Origin: Octopus sinensis
Taxonomy: Eukaryota
Direction of reading: 5' to 3'
Assembly: GCF_006345805.1 (NCBI RefSeq)
Contig: NW_021831726.1
Span: 1-34,388 of the forward strand
DNA length: 34,388 nucleotides
Part shown: in pieces, positions 1 through 12,608 of the stretch
How positions within the stretch are numbered: position 1 is the first letter of the stretch
How the letters are laid out: every line of letters starts with the position of its first letter
Translations under genes and position numbers: made by a program
Notes under the pieces: model-generated
Database searches by the model: none
What the model was told of the DNA's origin: nothing
The model's input: the letters and a program-made list of their open reading frames with translations, nothing else

Positions 1-375
1 ACGAAACTTTACATAACGTAGAGTTAAGGCAAGATGTTATTAAGTATGTGTGTGTGTGAATGTGTGTTTACCATATTAGTGTGTTAAAAGTTGCTGGATT
101 TTATTTGTAATGCTTGTATATCTAGTATGATATCGTTCCTTATTCGTTTACGACTGTCGTTTGTGGAATATTCGTACAGACCTCATGGCTTTATGCATAT
201 TCTGCAGTTTCTTCCCCGGTGATTTGGTCTGTATGACCCAAGAGTGATATTAATTGCCCTGTATCGCTTGAATTATTGCTATGCGTCTGTAATAATGAAA
301 TCTCTTAGTTTCATTATGTTGTTTTGCTTTTTTCCAATAATGCTGCATGTATTTTGCAATACATGTTTATGTGTT

Positions 376-562
376 ACTCTTTTACTTGTTTCAGTCATTT
401 GACTGCGGCCATGCTAGAGCACCGCCTTTAGTCGAGCAAATCGACCCCAAGACTTATTCTTTGTAAGCCTAGTACTGATTCTATCGATCTCTTTTGCCGA
501 ATCGCCAAGTTACGGGGACGTAAACACACCAGCATCTGTTGTCAAGCGATGTTGGAGGGAAC

Positions 563-661
<99 letters not shown>

Positions 662-798
662 GACGGGCGTCTTTCAGTTTCCGTCTACCAAATCCACTCA
701 CAAGGCTTTGGTCGGCCCGAGGCTATAAGAGAAGAGGTGCCACGCAGTGGGACTGAACCCGGAACCATGTAGTTGGTAAGCAAGCTACTTACCACACA
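376..798 (-). mobile_element. tRNA-derived SINE, family A (full length, internal (TA)n(TG)n tract)
   Basis: Reverse complement begins TGTGTGGTAAGTAGCTTGC...GGGTTCAGTCCC (A/B-box head) and ends GCAGTCAAATGACTGAAACAAGTAAAAGAG. Matches the copies at 16088, 24423, 28119 and 29714. Confidence 0.9.
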
Positions 799-2329
799 TA
801 TATTTTTATATTTAAACTTTTGAGAACTTCTTGATGTATTCGATGTGCAGCATAATTTTGGAAAGGGTAATAATAATTTAGCAGTGCTTCTGTTGTTCTT
901 GTGATTGCTATAGTTCTTCTCACTGTTCCTGTAACGTTGCATTCAAGTATAGAAGTTTTGTAAATGGTATTCTTTGTGTTTCATGAGATTTATAGCTTGT
1001 TCTTTGCAAAGTCGTGTTTTTTGATACAGTCAGAATGCGTCGAAACTTTCTGGAAAAAATACTTCTTTATGACGAGCCAACATTGTTTTATCTATATTCA
1101 AGTCTTTATCATCTCCTCTTCTTTTCTGTCATATAATATTGATATTCAGGATTATTCTATTTGATATTTCATTCATTTTTAAGACGGTAGGGTATATTTT
1201 GAAGGCGATTTGCCAACAATCTTATCAAGCTGAACGACTGCATTGGCTCACGAAAGAAATGGAGTAAATAAATAACAGTTTGTGAGGGGAAAAAACGAAG
1301 TAAAAGGAGAAACTATATTGAAATACGGAATATTATTCCACCTATGTATGGTTATGTGAGCAGGGGAAAAATAAGATGAAAGTAAAGAATATTATACTCA
1401 CTAAAATATATTTTCGTCTTTCTTTCTGCTTTAATAAATAGAAAATTATTTAAATATCTATATCTTCTGTCGTTGAACAAGATAAAAGTGGTCTCTTTGG
1501 GAATCAGGAAGGTATTAGTATCGGATTTAAGTGGAATTAGACTGATAAGGTAAATCACTCACCAGATGACACTTTTCTATCTTATATCATTTTTCCGGCA
1601 ATTATATTTACTCACTATAAAAGTTAACTTTCCTTCTTTGTCATACAGCTTACAGAGGATACAAACTTGTAACCAATGAGTTTCTAGTTAGATATTTTAT
1701 CTACTCGACAACTTTATAGATAATTTAATTACTGCTACTTCGATTTTTATTCATAAGTTTTCCTTAGGTATTAATTTGTCCTTCCTTGCCTGATACGCCG
1801 TATAAAACGGTGATTTGCTGATATAATTAAAGGTAAGTGCAGTTTCTTCTCATTTTCATAAATGGAAATGTTAAGAATTTTAAATGAATTATTTTCTTTA
1901 TATTACTCGTAGAAGCATTCCACGTCTTATCACTTCTACTAATTACCACTTTCATAAATTATCTTTTCCACAAATTTTCACTTCAACAATTTATCACTTC
2001 CTCTTCATTAGCACTTCCACAACGCATGGTTTCCACAACTCATTACTCCAACAATTTAGTGTAACCACAAAAAGATTGCTAAAACTAAATCTCCCCGTAA
2101 TGTCCAGATCCCTTGGGGGTGTTTCAGTGCCATGAAATATGACAAAATACCTGTAGAATAGAGTGTTTGGAGAAAAATCCAGGCGTAGGATTACTATTTC
2201 AAAAATCTATTCCATCTAAACTCTGGAATGGTAATTAACAAAATATTTAAACAAACTCTCGGAGGTACATATTAGATTCTTAAAGGATATTTCTACATGA
2301 ACAGCTGAATTCTTCCGCAAAAACATTAC

Positions 2330-2700
2330 TTCTCTCTTTCACTATCTCTTTCCCTCTCCCTTTCCCTCTCTCACTCCTCTCTCCCTTTCTCTTCGTTCCG
2401 CTTCCTTTTTCCAATCTCACTGTTTTTCTTGTTCTCTTCCTTATTCTCTCTCCCCTTTACTCTCACCTTCTCTCCTTCTCTCCTTCTCTCTCTCTCTCTC
2501 TATTCGTCTTTCAGCCTCTTTCTCTCTCCTTCCCTCTTTCTCCCTTCCTCTCGATTTATCTTTCTTCCTGTTTCCAAATTCATCCAATGTCTTTCTCCTT
2601 TTTCTCATTCTTTCTCACCCTTTTCTATCCTTCTATCTCTCCTTCTCTCCCCCTCTCTCTCTTTTTCTCCCTCTCTCTTCTCCTTTCTTTCTCTTGCTTT
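2330..2700. repeat. Polypyrimidine (CT-rich) low-complexity tract
   Basis: Almost purely C/T on the + strand over ~370 bp. Confidence 0.85.
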
Positions 2701-3029
2701 TATTATAAATTAATAATTTCTGAAACGTTTTACCTGGAGACGCTACAAATGTTAAAAATAAATATAATTATTTTAAAAAAAACAAGTTTCACAAATTACA
2801 AGTCCAAAGGAATAAAATGAAGAGGGAGTATAAAGTAAAAGGATTAATTTAGAGAACGGGGCTTCCTGTTTCAATAGTATTTAATGGTCTTTATTGGCAG
2901 CAAATTATAAATTACTCAAAAAAATTCGGTTGAATGCTAGGTTTTAGGTTAGTAAAATATTTATACAAATTTGAAAGAAACGCAACTTCTAATTACACTA
3001 GCATAATAGGATTTTTAATGTTGCTTCTT

Positions 3030-3168
3030 TGTTGTTGTTGTTGTTGTTGTTGTTGTTACTAGCGATAATCATAATTATTATTGTTATTATTCTCATCATA
3101 ACCACCATCATCGTAATTGTAGGCAGCAGCACCACCACCGCCACCACCATCACCACCATCACCACCAC

Positions 3169-3209
<41 letters not shown>
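3030..3209. repeat. Compound trinucleotide microsatellite (TTG/ATT/CAC/CAT)n
   Basis: Directly visible. Confidence 0.9.
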
Positions 3210-3210
<1 letters not shown>

Positions 3211-3412
3211 TAAAGCGGCAATCGTTGGCTCACCCGAAATAAATGCTTAGTGGCATTTTTCGTTCGGTTCTTACGTTCGGAGTTCAAATTCCGCCGAGGT
3301 CGACTTTGCCTTTCATCCTTTTTCAGAGCGCCGATGAAATAAACATCAGTCAAGTGCTGGTGACGATGTAATCAACTATCCCCTAAAAAAAACTATTTGC
3401 CCTGTGCCAAAA
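3210..3412 (+). mobile_element. tRNA-derived SINE, family B (diverged)
   Basis: B-box GAGTTCAAATTCCGCC followed by GAGGTCGACTTTGCCTTTCATCC, and tail ...CCTGTGCCAAAA, shared with the other B copies. Confidence 0.8.
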
Positions 3413-3497
<85 letters not shown>

Positions 3498-3581
3498 GGT
3501 GGTGGTGGTGGTAATAGTGGTAGCAGTAGTAGTAGTAGTAGCAGTAGTAGTAGTAGTAGTAGTAATAGTAGTAGTAGTAGT

Positions 3582-3613
<32 letters not shown>

Positions 3614-3699
3614 ATAGTAGTAGTAGTAGCAGTAGTAGTAGTAGCAGTAGTAGTAGTAGTAGTAGTAGTATCATTATTATTATTATCATCATCATCATC
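3413..3699. repeat. (GTA)n/(GTG)n/(ATC)n microsatellite
   Basis: Directly visible. Confidence 0.95.
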
Positions 3700-3897
3700 A
3701 AAGCGGAGACGTAGCAAAATGCTTGAGGGCATTTATTCCGCTTGTATACATCCTAAGTTCAAATACCGCTGAGTTCCACTTTACACTTCATCCTTAAAGG
3801 GTCCATATGAAAAAAGCACCAGTCAAGTACCACGTTCACTGTAATCGACTAACCACCAACCTTTGAACTACTGGTTTTGTGCCAAAATTTGAAACAT
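3700..3897 (+). mobile_element. SINE family B (old, diverged copy)
   Basis: AAATGCTT...AAGTTCAAATACCGCTGAG...TTCATCCTT...GTGCCAAAATTTGAAAC matches the family B layout. Confidence 0.7.
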
Positions 3898-4034
3898 TGA
3901 TGTTGTTGTTGATGTTGTTATATGTTTGGCTTTTACTTTGTATTTGTACAAGTTGACTGCAAGTCTTCCCCCCAGAAACTTCAAGAGACAGCAAATTAGA
4001 AGTTGGTATTATGACTAGAGTGTCGTCTTCATCG

Positions 4035-4065
<31 letters not shown>

Positions 4066-4069
4066 TATT

Positions 4070-4555
4070 GAGAGAGCCGCAAGTGACACTTGGGTACAAA
4101 CATACGAAGCCCAATATACCCACCATAGCTATCCGTCTGATGAGGGTACTCCAAGCACATGCATCACAACCATTTGTGCACGACATAGTGATCTCAGGTA
4201 GGGCCCAATTAGAATTTTCTTCTCGACGAGCAACCTAAACAGTTCAAAAGATCCCTGAATAAGGCTTGTTTAAGGATGATGAACAAAACACCGATGATTC
4301 CAGGGCTGAATTCTTCAAACCCCAAAGAATCCCTCTCGAGACATGTCTATAATGCTTCCCGACTACTTCTGCTCATGACCAGAGATGCACATATCGTCAA
4401 CCACTAAGGGACAGGCTCAACTGTTTATGGTCAAACAACTAGCAAGTAAATATGTGATATTGAGCAGAATATACGCTGCAGCCCATCTTTTACACAAAGG
4501 CAAAACATGTGCATGATAACGCTTCCAATCTGCCCAGTACTACTTTAGGGCATTT
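4070..4555 (-). mobile_element. ~540-bp microsatellite-associated interspersed repeat (family F), copy 1, with internal deletions
   Basis: Collinear with 5236-5772 and with the reverse complement of 13639-14185. Confidence 0.85.
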
Positions 4556-4589
4556 TACTATTTCCATTTCACTTCTCAAAGCCCTTGAT

Positions 4590-5140
4590 TTCACTTGCTC
4601 CGGTTAATTCTGTAAGATCCTCGATCAACCAATTACAAGGGTTTCACGGTGTCTTTCCACGATACTTAACATCCAAGTACCGATCTCAAAATCCTTGCTG
4701 TCCCTAATTGAGCAGTTTTCCGAACATATTAATCTCAATTTCTACAACAATTTTTTAAAATCTGATTGTTAATGATCCCAGTGCTCCAAAAACTATTGGA
4801 ATGACAGTTAATTTCTTCATTATCAACATTCGAGCAATCTCAGCTTTTAGTGGCTTGTACTTCTCAATTTTCTCTAGCTCTTTGTCATCCACTCATACAC
4901 CTCCAACTATGGCAATGATCTTCGTTTCCTTCATCATTTTGTCAACTACACGATGTCTAGTCTCCGAGCACCAATCACTGAATCATACTGGATAGTAAAA
5001 TCCCACAAGCTCATTATTCTCAGTGACGCCTTCACACAACCTCCAACGGACATATGTAACTACGCTCTCATGCCTCATTTTATTCTTTGTGAACCAATTT
5101 GCAACACTCACCTACAATATGTGAAACGTTCAGGATCGTT
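4590..5140 (-). mobile_element. Degenerate R4/Dong-clade non-LTR retrotransposon, restriction-like endonuclease (REL) region
   Basis: Minus-strand translation across frameshifts gives LWDFTIQYDSVIGARRLDIV...DDKELEKIEKYKPLKAEIARML...MKKLTVIPIVFGALGS, homologous to the REL domain at 12789-13142. Confidence 0.8.
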
Positions 5141-5151
5141 CTTCTTGCTGA

Positions 5152-5227
<76 letters not shown>

Positions 5228-5235
5228 ATTATTAT

Positions 5236-5772
5236 TGAGTCGAGAACAGTGAATGCCATCAAAGTGACACTGCGGTAAAATATACGAAGCCCAGTATACC
5301 CATCATGACTACCCGTCTGATAAGGGTACATCAGGCACATGCATCACAACCATATCTGCGCGACATGGTGATCTCATATCAAGATAAGCAGCGCATGACA
5401 TTGCAGTTTGGGCCCAGTTAGAATTTTCTTCTGGTCGAGTAGCCCATCCCGCTCAAAACGTCCGGAATAAGGCTTGTTTAAGAATGTTGAACGAAACACC
5501 CATGTTTCCAGAGTTGAGTTATTCAAACCCCACAGAATTCCTCTCAACACATTGTTATGATGCTCCCCCACTGCTTCTGCTCGTGATCAGAGATGCACAT
5601 ATCGTCAGCCACTAAGGGACATGGTCAACTCGTTAAGGTCAAACAATTGATAAGCAAATCTGTGGTATTGAGCAGAATATTTGCAGTAGCGCATATTTTA
5701 CGCCAAGACAAAACAATGTACATGATAACATATCCAATCAGTTAAGATCAGTGGCCGGTACTGCATCGGGGT
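5236..5772 (-). mobile_element. Family F repeat, copy 2, flanked by (TTA)n on both sides
   Basis: Collinear with copies 1 and 3. (TTA)n at 5152-5235 and TATTATT after 5772. Confidence 0.88.
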
Positions 5773-6537
5773 ATTATTATTATCATTATTATTATTAATG
5801 TTGTTGTTGTTATAACCTTCCAGCGATTGCTATTTTTGGTTCGTGATAATGGAGATGATGTGCTTTTCCTGTTCACTTTAAATTCTCTAAACACAGTCGC
5901 AGGGTATCCAAATGAAGAGCATCACCACCATCGACAACAACAACAACAACAACAACAACAACAGCAAATATAACAAGAGCAATAACAATGGCAGCAACAT
6001 TGCTATAACAATAACCACAAAAATGACAGCTAGAGCAAGAGCAACAACAAAAACACACCAGATCTAACAAGAACAACAAGAACAGCCATAACGAGAGCAA
6101 TACGACAGCGATAATGAGAGCTACAACTCCAGCACCACACGACACTAACAACGGTGTAGTTATGATATCCTTAATTAAATTCAATAAAGCTATTAAAACT
6201 GATTGCACGGCTACGTGCAATTAATTCTGTGCATCCTATAATACTGTAATAAGGTTTGTAATTGCGTGAAATCATAAGCTCGGGTACTTGAGATTGTATT
6301 TCAAAGTTTGGCATCAGATTTGAAATATTTTGAATAATCTGATTTGAAAACACGGTATACACACGCGCGCAAGTACCCATACACACCACGGACGCGCGCA
6401 CACACATACATACAGACACACATACATACACACACACATACACACAAACACATACATAAAAACTCGTACACAACATTTGTCTTCATATGTTGTTATGAAA
6501 TGAATTTATGTAGTCCAGTAACAATTGCACGCATAAA

Positions 6538-6749
6538 TATATATATATATATATACGTTTATATACATATATGTGTGTGTATGTATTTATAAATACATAC
6601 ACACACACACACATATATATATGTGTATATATATATGTATATTTAAATATATATATACATATATATATATACGTTTATATATATTTGTGTGTGTATATAT
6701 GTGTGTGTGTATGTATTTATGCATATATATTTATATATATACGTATATG

Positions 6750-6781
<32 letters not shown>

Positions 6782-6805
6782 TGTATGTATGTATGTATGT
6801 ATGTA
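6538..6805. repeat. (TA)n/(TG)n/(TATG)n compound microsatellite
   Basis: Directly visible. Confidence 0.9.
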
Positions 6806-7189
6806 TCCTTCCTCAAATACCAACAACGAACCGACATATCTTCATTTAATACCGTAAATTTCAATTGAGTATAATTTCCGCTCTAATAAACAATTCTCGT
6901 AAGCAATTTTGCTAGAAACACAATTCAAGAGGATTGAAGGATTTCATTTTGTGAAGATTCTCGTAAACGTACTTTGGCAACAAGGTGCTCCTTATGGTGT
7001 TCGTCATTTATTTCCCACTTCCATATCTCCTATTCTTCCGCATTTGTCTCTTTAATCCCCGCTCTCACCGCATCAATCATCATCGGTACATCGCATCAAT
7101 CATAATCTTAATTATTACCAACATATCGTTATTGCATATAACCAATGACATTTATTGTCATCCTACTGCCATTGTAATCCTCCTCCACA

Positions 7190-7312
7190 TCATCATCCTC
7201 ATCATCATCATCATCATCATTATCATCCTCATCATCACCGTCACTGTCCTCATCATCATCATCATCATCATCGTCGCCATCATCGTCATAATATTTTGTA
7301 ATCATCATCATT
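7190..7312. repeat. (ATC)n microsatellite
   Basis: Directly visible. Confidence 0.85.
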
Positions 7313-7644
7313 GAGGCTTTCAATATTCTCTTCTTCTTCCTATGTCTCTAATTTTCACGACGTCAGGAAAATGATATTTTGAAACATTGTAATACCAGAC
7401 AGTTAAGATTGGATGTAATTTTACTTCACGTGTTTTTACACGCGCGTGTATAAATGTGTGTGTGTGTCTGTGTCTGTGTATAAAAATTGCCCATCGTATT
7501 CGAGGTTCCGATGAAGCTATAAGGTGTTACTTAGGCACTTAACTCTGAGTTCACTACATCTCATAGCAGAAACAGTTGTAAGATAATGAATTCATAAGAT
7601 AATCATTAATTTCTTTGCCATCTTTTATATATATATATATATAT

Positions 7645-7724
7645 TCTTTTATTTGTTTCAGTCATTTGAGTGCGGCCATGCTGGAGCACTGCCTTTAGTC
7701 GAACAAATTGATCCCAGGACTTAT
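7645..7724 (-). mobile_element. SINE family A, 3' tail fragment
   Basis: TTGTTTCAGTCATTTGAGTGCGGCCATGCTGGAGCAC matches the reverse complement of the family A tail. Confidence 0.85.
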
Positions 7725-8198
7725 GGATTGTTAAACAAATAAAACACCATTTCATTGGTTTACGCGGAGTGTGTGTGTGTGTGTGTGTGTGCCTCGGAAG
7801 AATTAGTCCTATTTATATATATTTCAATTACTCATTTAACGAACAATTTGGTTAACGAACAGAGCTCCGAAATGGATTATGTTCGTATATAGAGGCTCCA
7901 CTGCTTCTTAAATTATGTAGTATATAATTTCTTTAGTAAGTGTACTTAATCTAATCCTGTTTACTTGCGTTTAAAACACCACCCATTATTCTGAAGGAAC
8001 CTGTATAACAAAGCAAGCTTATAACTTTTACAAACAACTATACAACTTGGCTAATTCGCTTCATAGCTGTTCTTTATTCAGCAATTTCAACACCAAAGAA
8101 ACTATCAATATATCGCATTATTCATCCACTTTCATGTATTTATATGTAAAAGCTATTCTCAAATCAGATTACGCCATTGAATCAATCGCTACTCATAC

Positions 8199-8402
8199 AC
8201 ACGTATACATGCAAATATTCGAATGTTCGACTGCGTTCTGTAATTGTAATACTGAATCCTCGTGCTGTTTGATCCAGTCAACAACTGGCATATGTTTTCT
8301 TTCAGTTCCGGCTTTAACAAGCTTTGTTTGTTTTGTTTTTTTACTTTTCTTTCGTGTATTTCTCGGTTCTGTTTCCATTGTTACATTACACTGGCACTTC
8401 AT
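8199..8402 (-). CDS. Candidate host coding exon (MKCQCNVTMETEPRNTRKKSKKTKQTK...), product unknown
   Basis: Non-repetitive open frame. Upstream pyrimidine tract, TACTTAAC branch-like motif and CTAG| acceptor at 8414/8413, ACA-ATG start, possible donors GTGTGT or GTATGA at ~8202/8198. No family recognised. Confidence 0.3.
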
Positions 8403-9104
8403 TGTTGCTGTTTCTAGTGTCGGAATTACAAAACGCGTTAAGTAAACCATCAAATTATATCAGGAAACACACAAAAAAATAGAGAGACATATCCGTTTCT
8501 CTAACAAAAAAATTTTACTTGTATTTTTTCTGTTGAATTTTGAGGTGAAACAGAATTGATAATAATATTAACATTATAGATAATCCTAAGATTTGTATTT
8601 GAATAAAGAATGGTAATCAACTAATTCAACGTTCTTTTTCTTTTTCATCTTTATAGCCACAGTAAGTATTTACTATCTAATTGTAATATTAACAACTATT
8701 TCTGTTTTTACTTATTTTTCTACCTTATATTTAATACATACAAACGAATATTAGTTCTTATGCAAACACTAGTCCATTTTATGAATCTTATTCTCTCTTT
8801 AATCCATTGTTACCTCTATAACACGTGTTTACATTAACAATCCACTAGTAGTCTCCTCTAGTATTCCCATGTATAATTTTTTTTTAATATACACCATACT
8901 AAGTATTGTTTCTAACTATCAAGTCATATCTTAATTCAACTAAAGCCATGCCTTTTCATTGAACATTTCTATGCAATCTTTTCTCTACACGACTTATTTG
9001 GAGTTAGAATCTCTAATCTCCTTACTCATCTATAGAAAGAACGTCTCTAAAATCTCTCCCACTTATATTTTCAAATAACCGTTATAGCATTTAGTCTTAG
9101 TTAA

Positions 9105-9129
9105 TACATACATATATATATATATATAT

Positions 9130-9161
<32 letters not shown>

Positions 9162-9251
9162 ATATTATATATATATATAATATATATATATATACATATA
9201 TATATATACACATATATATATATACACGCATATATATATATATACACATAT

Positions 9252-9297
<46 letters not shown>

Positions 9298-9360
9298 ATA
9301 TACGCATATATATATACACACATATATACCTGCATACATATATTTATACATATATACATG
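9105..9360. repeat. (TA)n-rich microsatellite
   Basis: Directly visible. Confidence 0.9.
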
Positions 9361-9370
9361 CCTTCAGTCA

Positions 9371-10276
9371 GATCTACTGGCTGTTATCCAATGGGCAGAA
9401 AAAAAACAATATGCTGCTGAACGAGGATAAATTTGAGTTAATCCACTTTGGAAAAGAGGATGCCCTGAAACTCCCATACTCCCTTCCTTCAGGTGAAACT
9501 CTCGTGGCATCCAACAACATCAGAGACTTGGGAGTAGTTGTGGACAACAACATAAACTGGGCCACTCTTATAAACACCAAAGTTGACATGGCCCGCAGAA
9601 TGTGTTCCTGGATTCTCAGAACTTTCCAGTCGAGAGATATCCACACCATTATCCTTCTCTTCTCCACTTTTACCCGACCCCACCTTGAATACTGTTGTCC
9701 ACTGTGGTCTCCCCACACAAAACAAAGTATCATAAAAGTTGAAGCACCTCAAAGGGCAATCACAAAAACGATAGATGGCATGACAGGCCTCGACTATTGG
9801 GGTCGACTAGAAAGGCTAAAACTTTATTCTCTCCAACGTCGCTGTGAGCGCTACATGATGTGGAAAATATTCCATCAGCATTGCCCAAATGATGTTGGCA
9901 TCACCTTTAAGGTACATCCAAGGCTTGGGCCCCGTGCCATCCGCCCAAAACAAAAATCGCACTCTCATCTCATAACAACAATACGGCACAATTATTTCAC
10001 CTCAATTGGCCCCGCTCTCTTTAACATTACACCAAAACACATTAAAACAGAAACAGACCCTATAGGGTTCAAGAAGTCTTTGGACAGATTCCTTCAAGAA
10101 ATCCCGGATAAGCCCCCTACACCCGGATATGTCTCTGTAAACAATAACTCTCTACTTGAGTGGACCATAGTGCCCAAATTCTGACTTGAAAGACTTCACC
10201 AGGTGGTGATATTAGGTTAGACATGGCCTGGGCCAATAATGGCCGAAACCATCAAAGTATCAAAGTATCAAAGTAT
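9371..10276 (+). mobile_element. 5'-truncated CR1-group LINE: RT C-terminal region, 3' UTR and (AAAGTATC)n tail
   Basis: ORF 9411-10184 carries RDLGVVVD, RPHLEYCCPLWSP, RLERLKLYSLQRR and FKKSLDRFL motifs typical of CR1/L2 ORF2. An 8-bp tandem tail sits at 10254-10276. Confidence 0.92.
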
Positions 10277-10432
10277 ATATGTATATATAAATGTATATAT
10301 ATATACATCTATACATACACACACATATATATATATTATATATATATATATATATATAATATATAATATATATATATATATATTATATATATATATATAT
10401 ATATACAAATACATCTATATATATATATATAG

Positions 10433-10485
<53 letters not shown>
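10277..10485. repeat. (TA)n-rich microsatellite
   Basis: Directly visible. Confidence 0.9.
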
Positions 10486-10488
<3 letters not shown>

Positions 10489-11474
10489 TCAGCCCCATAC
10501 CATAACGCCGCTTTTACGTTAGTGTTAAAAATTCTTATTTTGTTCTTTATTGAAATTACACTTGCGCTCCAAACTTTTTTTAACAGGTGAAAAGCGGTCC
10601 TTGCCTTACTTATTCTCGTCTTAATATCTTCGTCGATGCCACCTGAGAACGTTTTGTATATATATGCGCGACTAATTTAATTAAATAAAGTCGCCAAAGT
10701 TTAATAGGGAGCAAATGAAAAGACTTCAACGTAAATGTTTGCTGTGTTTAAAATAATTTTCAGCCAGGATCAACGACTTTGATGTTGTGTGTGAGGTAGA
10801 TAGCAATCAGCCAAAAGGATCGCTTCAAATAGCTGTAACACTCATTTACAATTTGTGGTCTTGTACCTAGGAGAATTATTATTATTGTATTATAATTCTT
10901 AGGAGTTTTCCGTTGTCTTTAGATCTTAAGAATCTAATTGGTATTCTGATTAGAAAATAAATGGTAGACAGATATACATATAGCTCCAGGTAAATTGTAA
11001 TGCCACCTTTTATACGGAATGGCATTATCCCTGCTGCTCAGCTAAATGAATTTGTGATCCTATTCAATATAATTGACTGAATAGCTAACATATCTTTGAA
11101 GAGATTTTCCTGTTGGTTCAAATAATAGAGTTTATTTTCTATGTTGCCTTTTTACGTGAACTTGCTTCCATTAATGAGTGGAATATAACTAGCTTAGATT
11201 CGTTCGTACTGAATAATAACATTTGCCAGTAGCCATACACACAGACACACACTAATTTAGGATCTGGCATAAAGAGTTACCTATTGTAATTTGCAATACA
11301 CAGATAGGACATTAGAACCATCGCAGTATGACTAGCAGCACATTTCGATAATTGTGTACGCTATTCATTACTATACTCTTAGAATAGTGGCTGGCCTTAG
11401 GTGAACCACGAAGCATTCATTTAATTATTTTTATAAAATACGCCATAATGTAAGCTCATTATTATTACTAACAA

Positions 11475-11526
<52 letters not shown>

Positions 11527-11528
<2 letters not shown>

Positions 11529-11903
11529 GGCGGCGAGCTGGGAGAATCGTTAGCATGCCGGGAAAAATGCTTAGCGGTATTTCGTCTGCCGCTACGTTCT
11601 GATTTCAAATTCCACCGAGGTCGACTTTGCCTTTCATCCTTTCGGGGTCGATTAAATAAGTACCAGTTACGCACTGGAGCGATATAATCGACTTAATCCG
11701 TTTGTCTGTCATTGTTTGTCCCCTCTGTGTGCAGCCCCTTGTGGGCAGTAAAGAAATAGGTATTTCGTTTGCCGCTACGTTCTGAGTTCAAACTTCGCCG
11801 AGGTCGACCCCTTTCAGGGTCACTGAAATTAGCACACTGTGGTCGATGTAATCGACTAAATCCCTTTCCCTAAATTTGAGGTCTTGAGCTTCCAGTAGAA
11901 AGG
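11527..11903 (+). mobile_element. Dimeric SINE family B (full monomer 11527-11758 plus head-truncated monomer 11759-11903)
   Basis: GTATTTCGT.TGCCGCTACGTTCTGA.TTCAAA...GAGGTCGAC occurs twice, each time followed by a different tail. Confidence 0.85.
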
Positions 11904-11910
11904 ATAATTA

Positions 11911-12000
<90 letters not shown>

Positions 12001-12006
12001 TTTATT

Positions 12007-12292
12007 CAGTTCTATATTTAAGAGATGTGGAATTATGTACATTATTTACATAATTTACATTTTTTACAATTGACGGATATTTATCTTCATATTGTTTGTT
12101 GTTAACACAACATTTCGGCTGATATACCCTCCAGCCTTCATCAGGTGTCTTGGGGAAATTTCAAACCTGGGTTCTCATTCCTAAGGTATTTCTCGATGAT
12201 ACTATTATTTTATTATTATTGTGCCTGGAATCGAACTCGGAACCTTGGGGTTAGTAGTCCGCACTCTTAACCACTACACCATATGCCCGTGG
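12007..12292 (-). mobile_element. Family E element (tRNA-like head, short TAA tract, Penelope-type hammerhead tail), copy 1
   Basis: Reverse complement reads CACGGGCATATGGTGTAGTGGTTAAGAG...GAGTTCGATTCC...CCTTAGGAATGAGAACCCAGG...CTGATGAAGGCTGG...AAATATAGAACTG. Confidence 0.88.
12104..12149 (-). ncRNA. Minimal type-I hammerhead ribozyme motif (variant GAAAUGUU, U-G wobble in stem III)
   Basis: GACAC-CUGAUGA-A-GGCUG/CAGCC-GAAAU-GUU-GUGUU. Stems I and II pair. Confidence 0.65.
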
Positions 12293-12311
12293 ACAGTACG
12301 TGCATATGGCT

Positions 12312-12385
12312 CACGGGCATATGGCGTAGTGGCCAAGAGCGCGAGCTACTAACCCCAAGATTCCTAGTTCGATTCCAGACAGTGA

Positions 12386-12463
<78 letters not shown>

Positions 12464-12608
12464 CAACAACAACAACAACAACTTAGGAATGAGAACCCAG
12501 GTTTGAAATTTCCCCATGACACCCGATGAAGGCTGGAGGGTATATCAGCCGAAACGTTGTGTTAACAACAAACAAGATGAGGACAAGTATCCGTCAAATG
12601 TAAATAAT

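Noticed and set aside
186-286. Minus-strand frame THSNNSSDTGQLISLLGHTDQITGEE, WD40-like GH motif after a TACAG acceptor
   Set aside because: It ends in a stop with no good donor and lacks the rest of a WD40 repeat; a short motif like this can arise by chance.
1769-1832. Plus-strand exon-like segment (TTCCTTAG| ... AAG|GTAAGT)
   Set aside because: All three frames contain stops; it could only be non-coding, and nothing else supports it.
8371-8384. X-box-like GTTTCCATTGTTAC
   Set aside because: It is a poorer match than 18636 and lies inside the candidate coding exon.
10222-10252. GGCC...GGCCGAAAC in the CR1 3' UTR as a hammerhead
   Set aside because: There is no CUGANGA core; it is more likely the ordinary CR1 3' stem-loop.
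12225-12385. tRNA-like sequences (also at 19381, 25894, 32470, 33432 and the SINE A/B heads) as tRNA genes
   Set aside because: The acceptor and anticodon stems are imperfect and each runs into a shared repeat body, so they are SINE heads.
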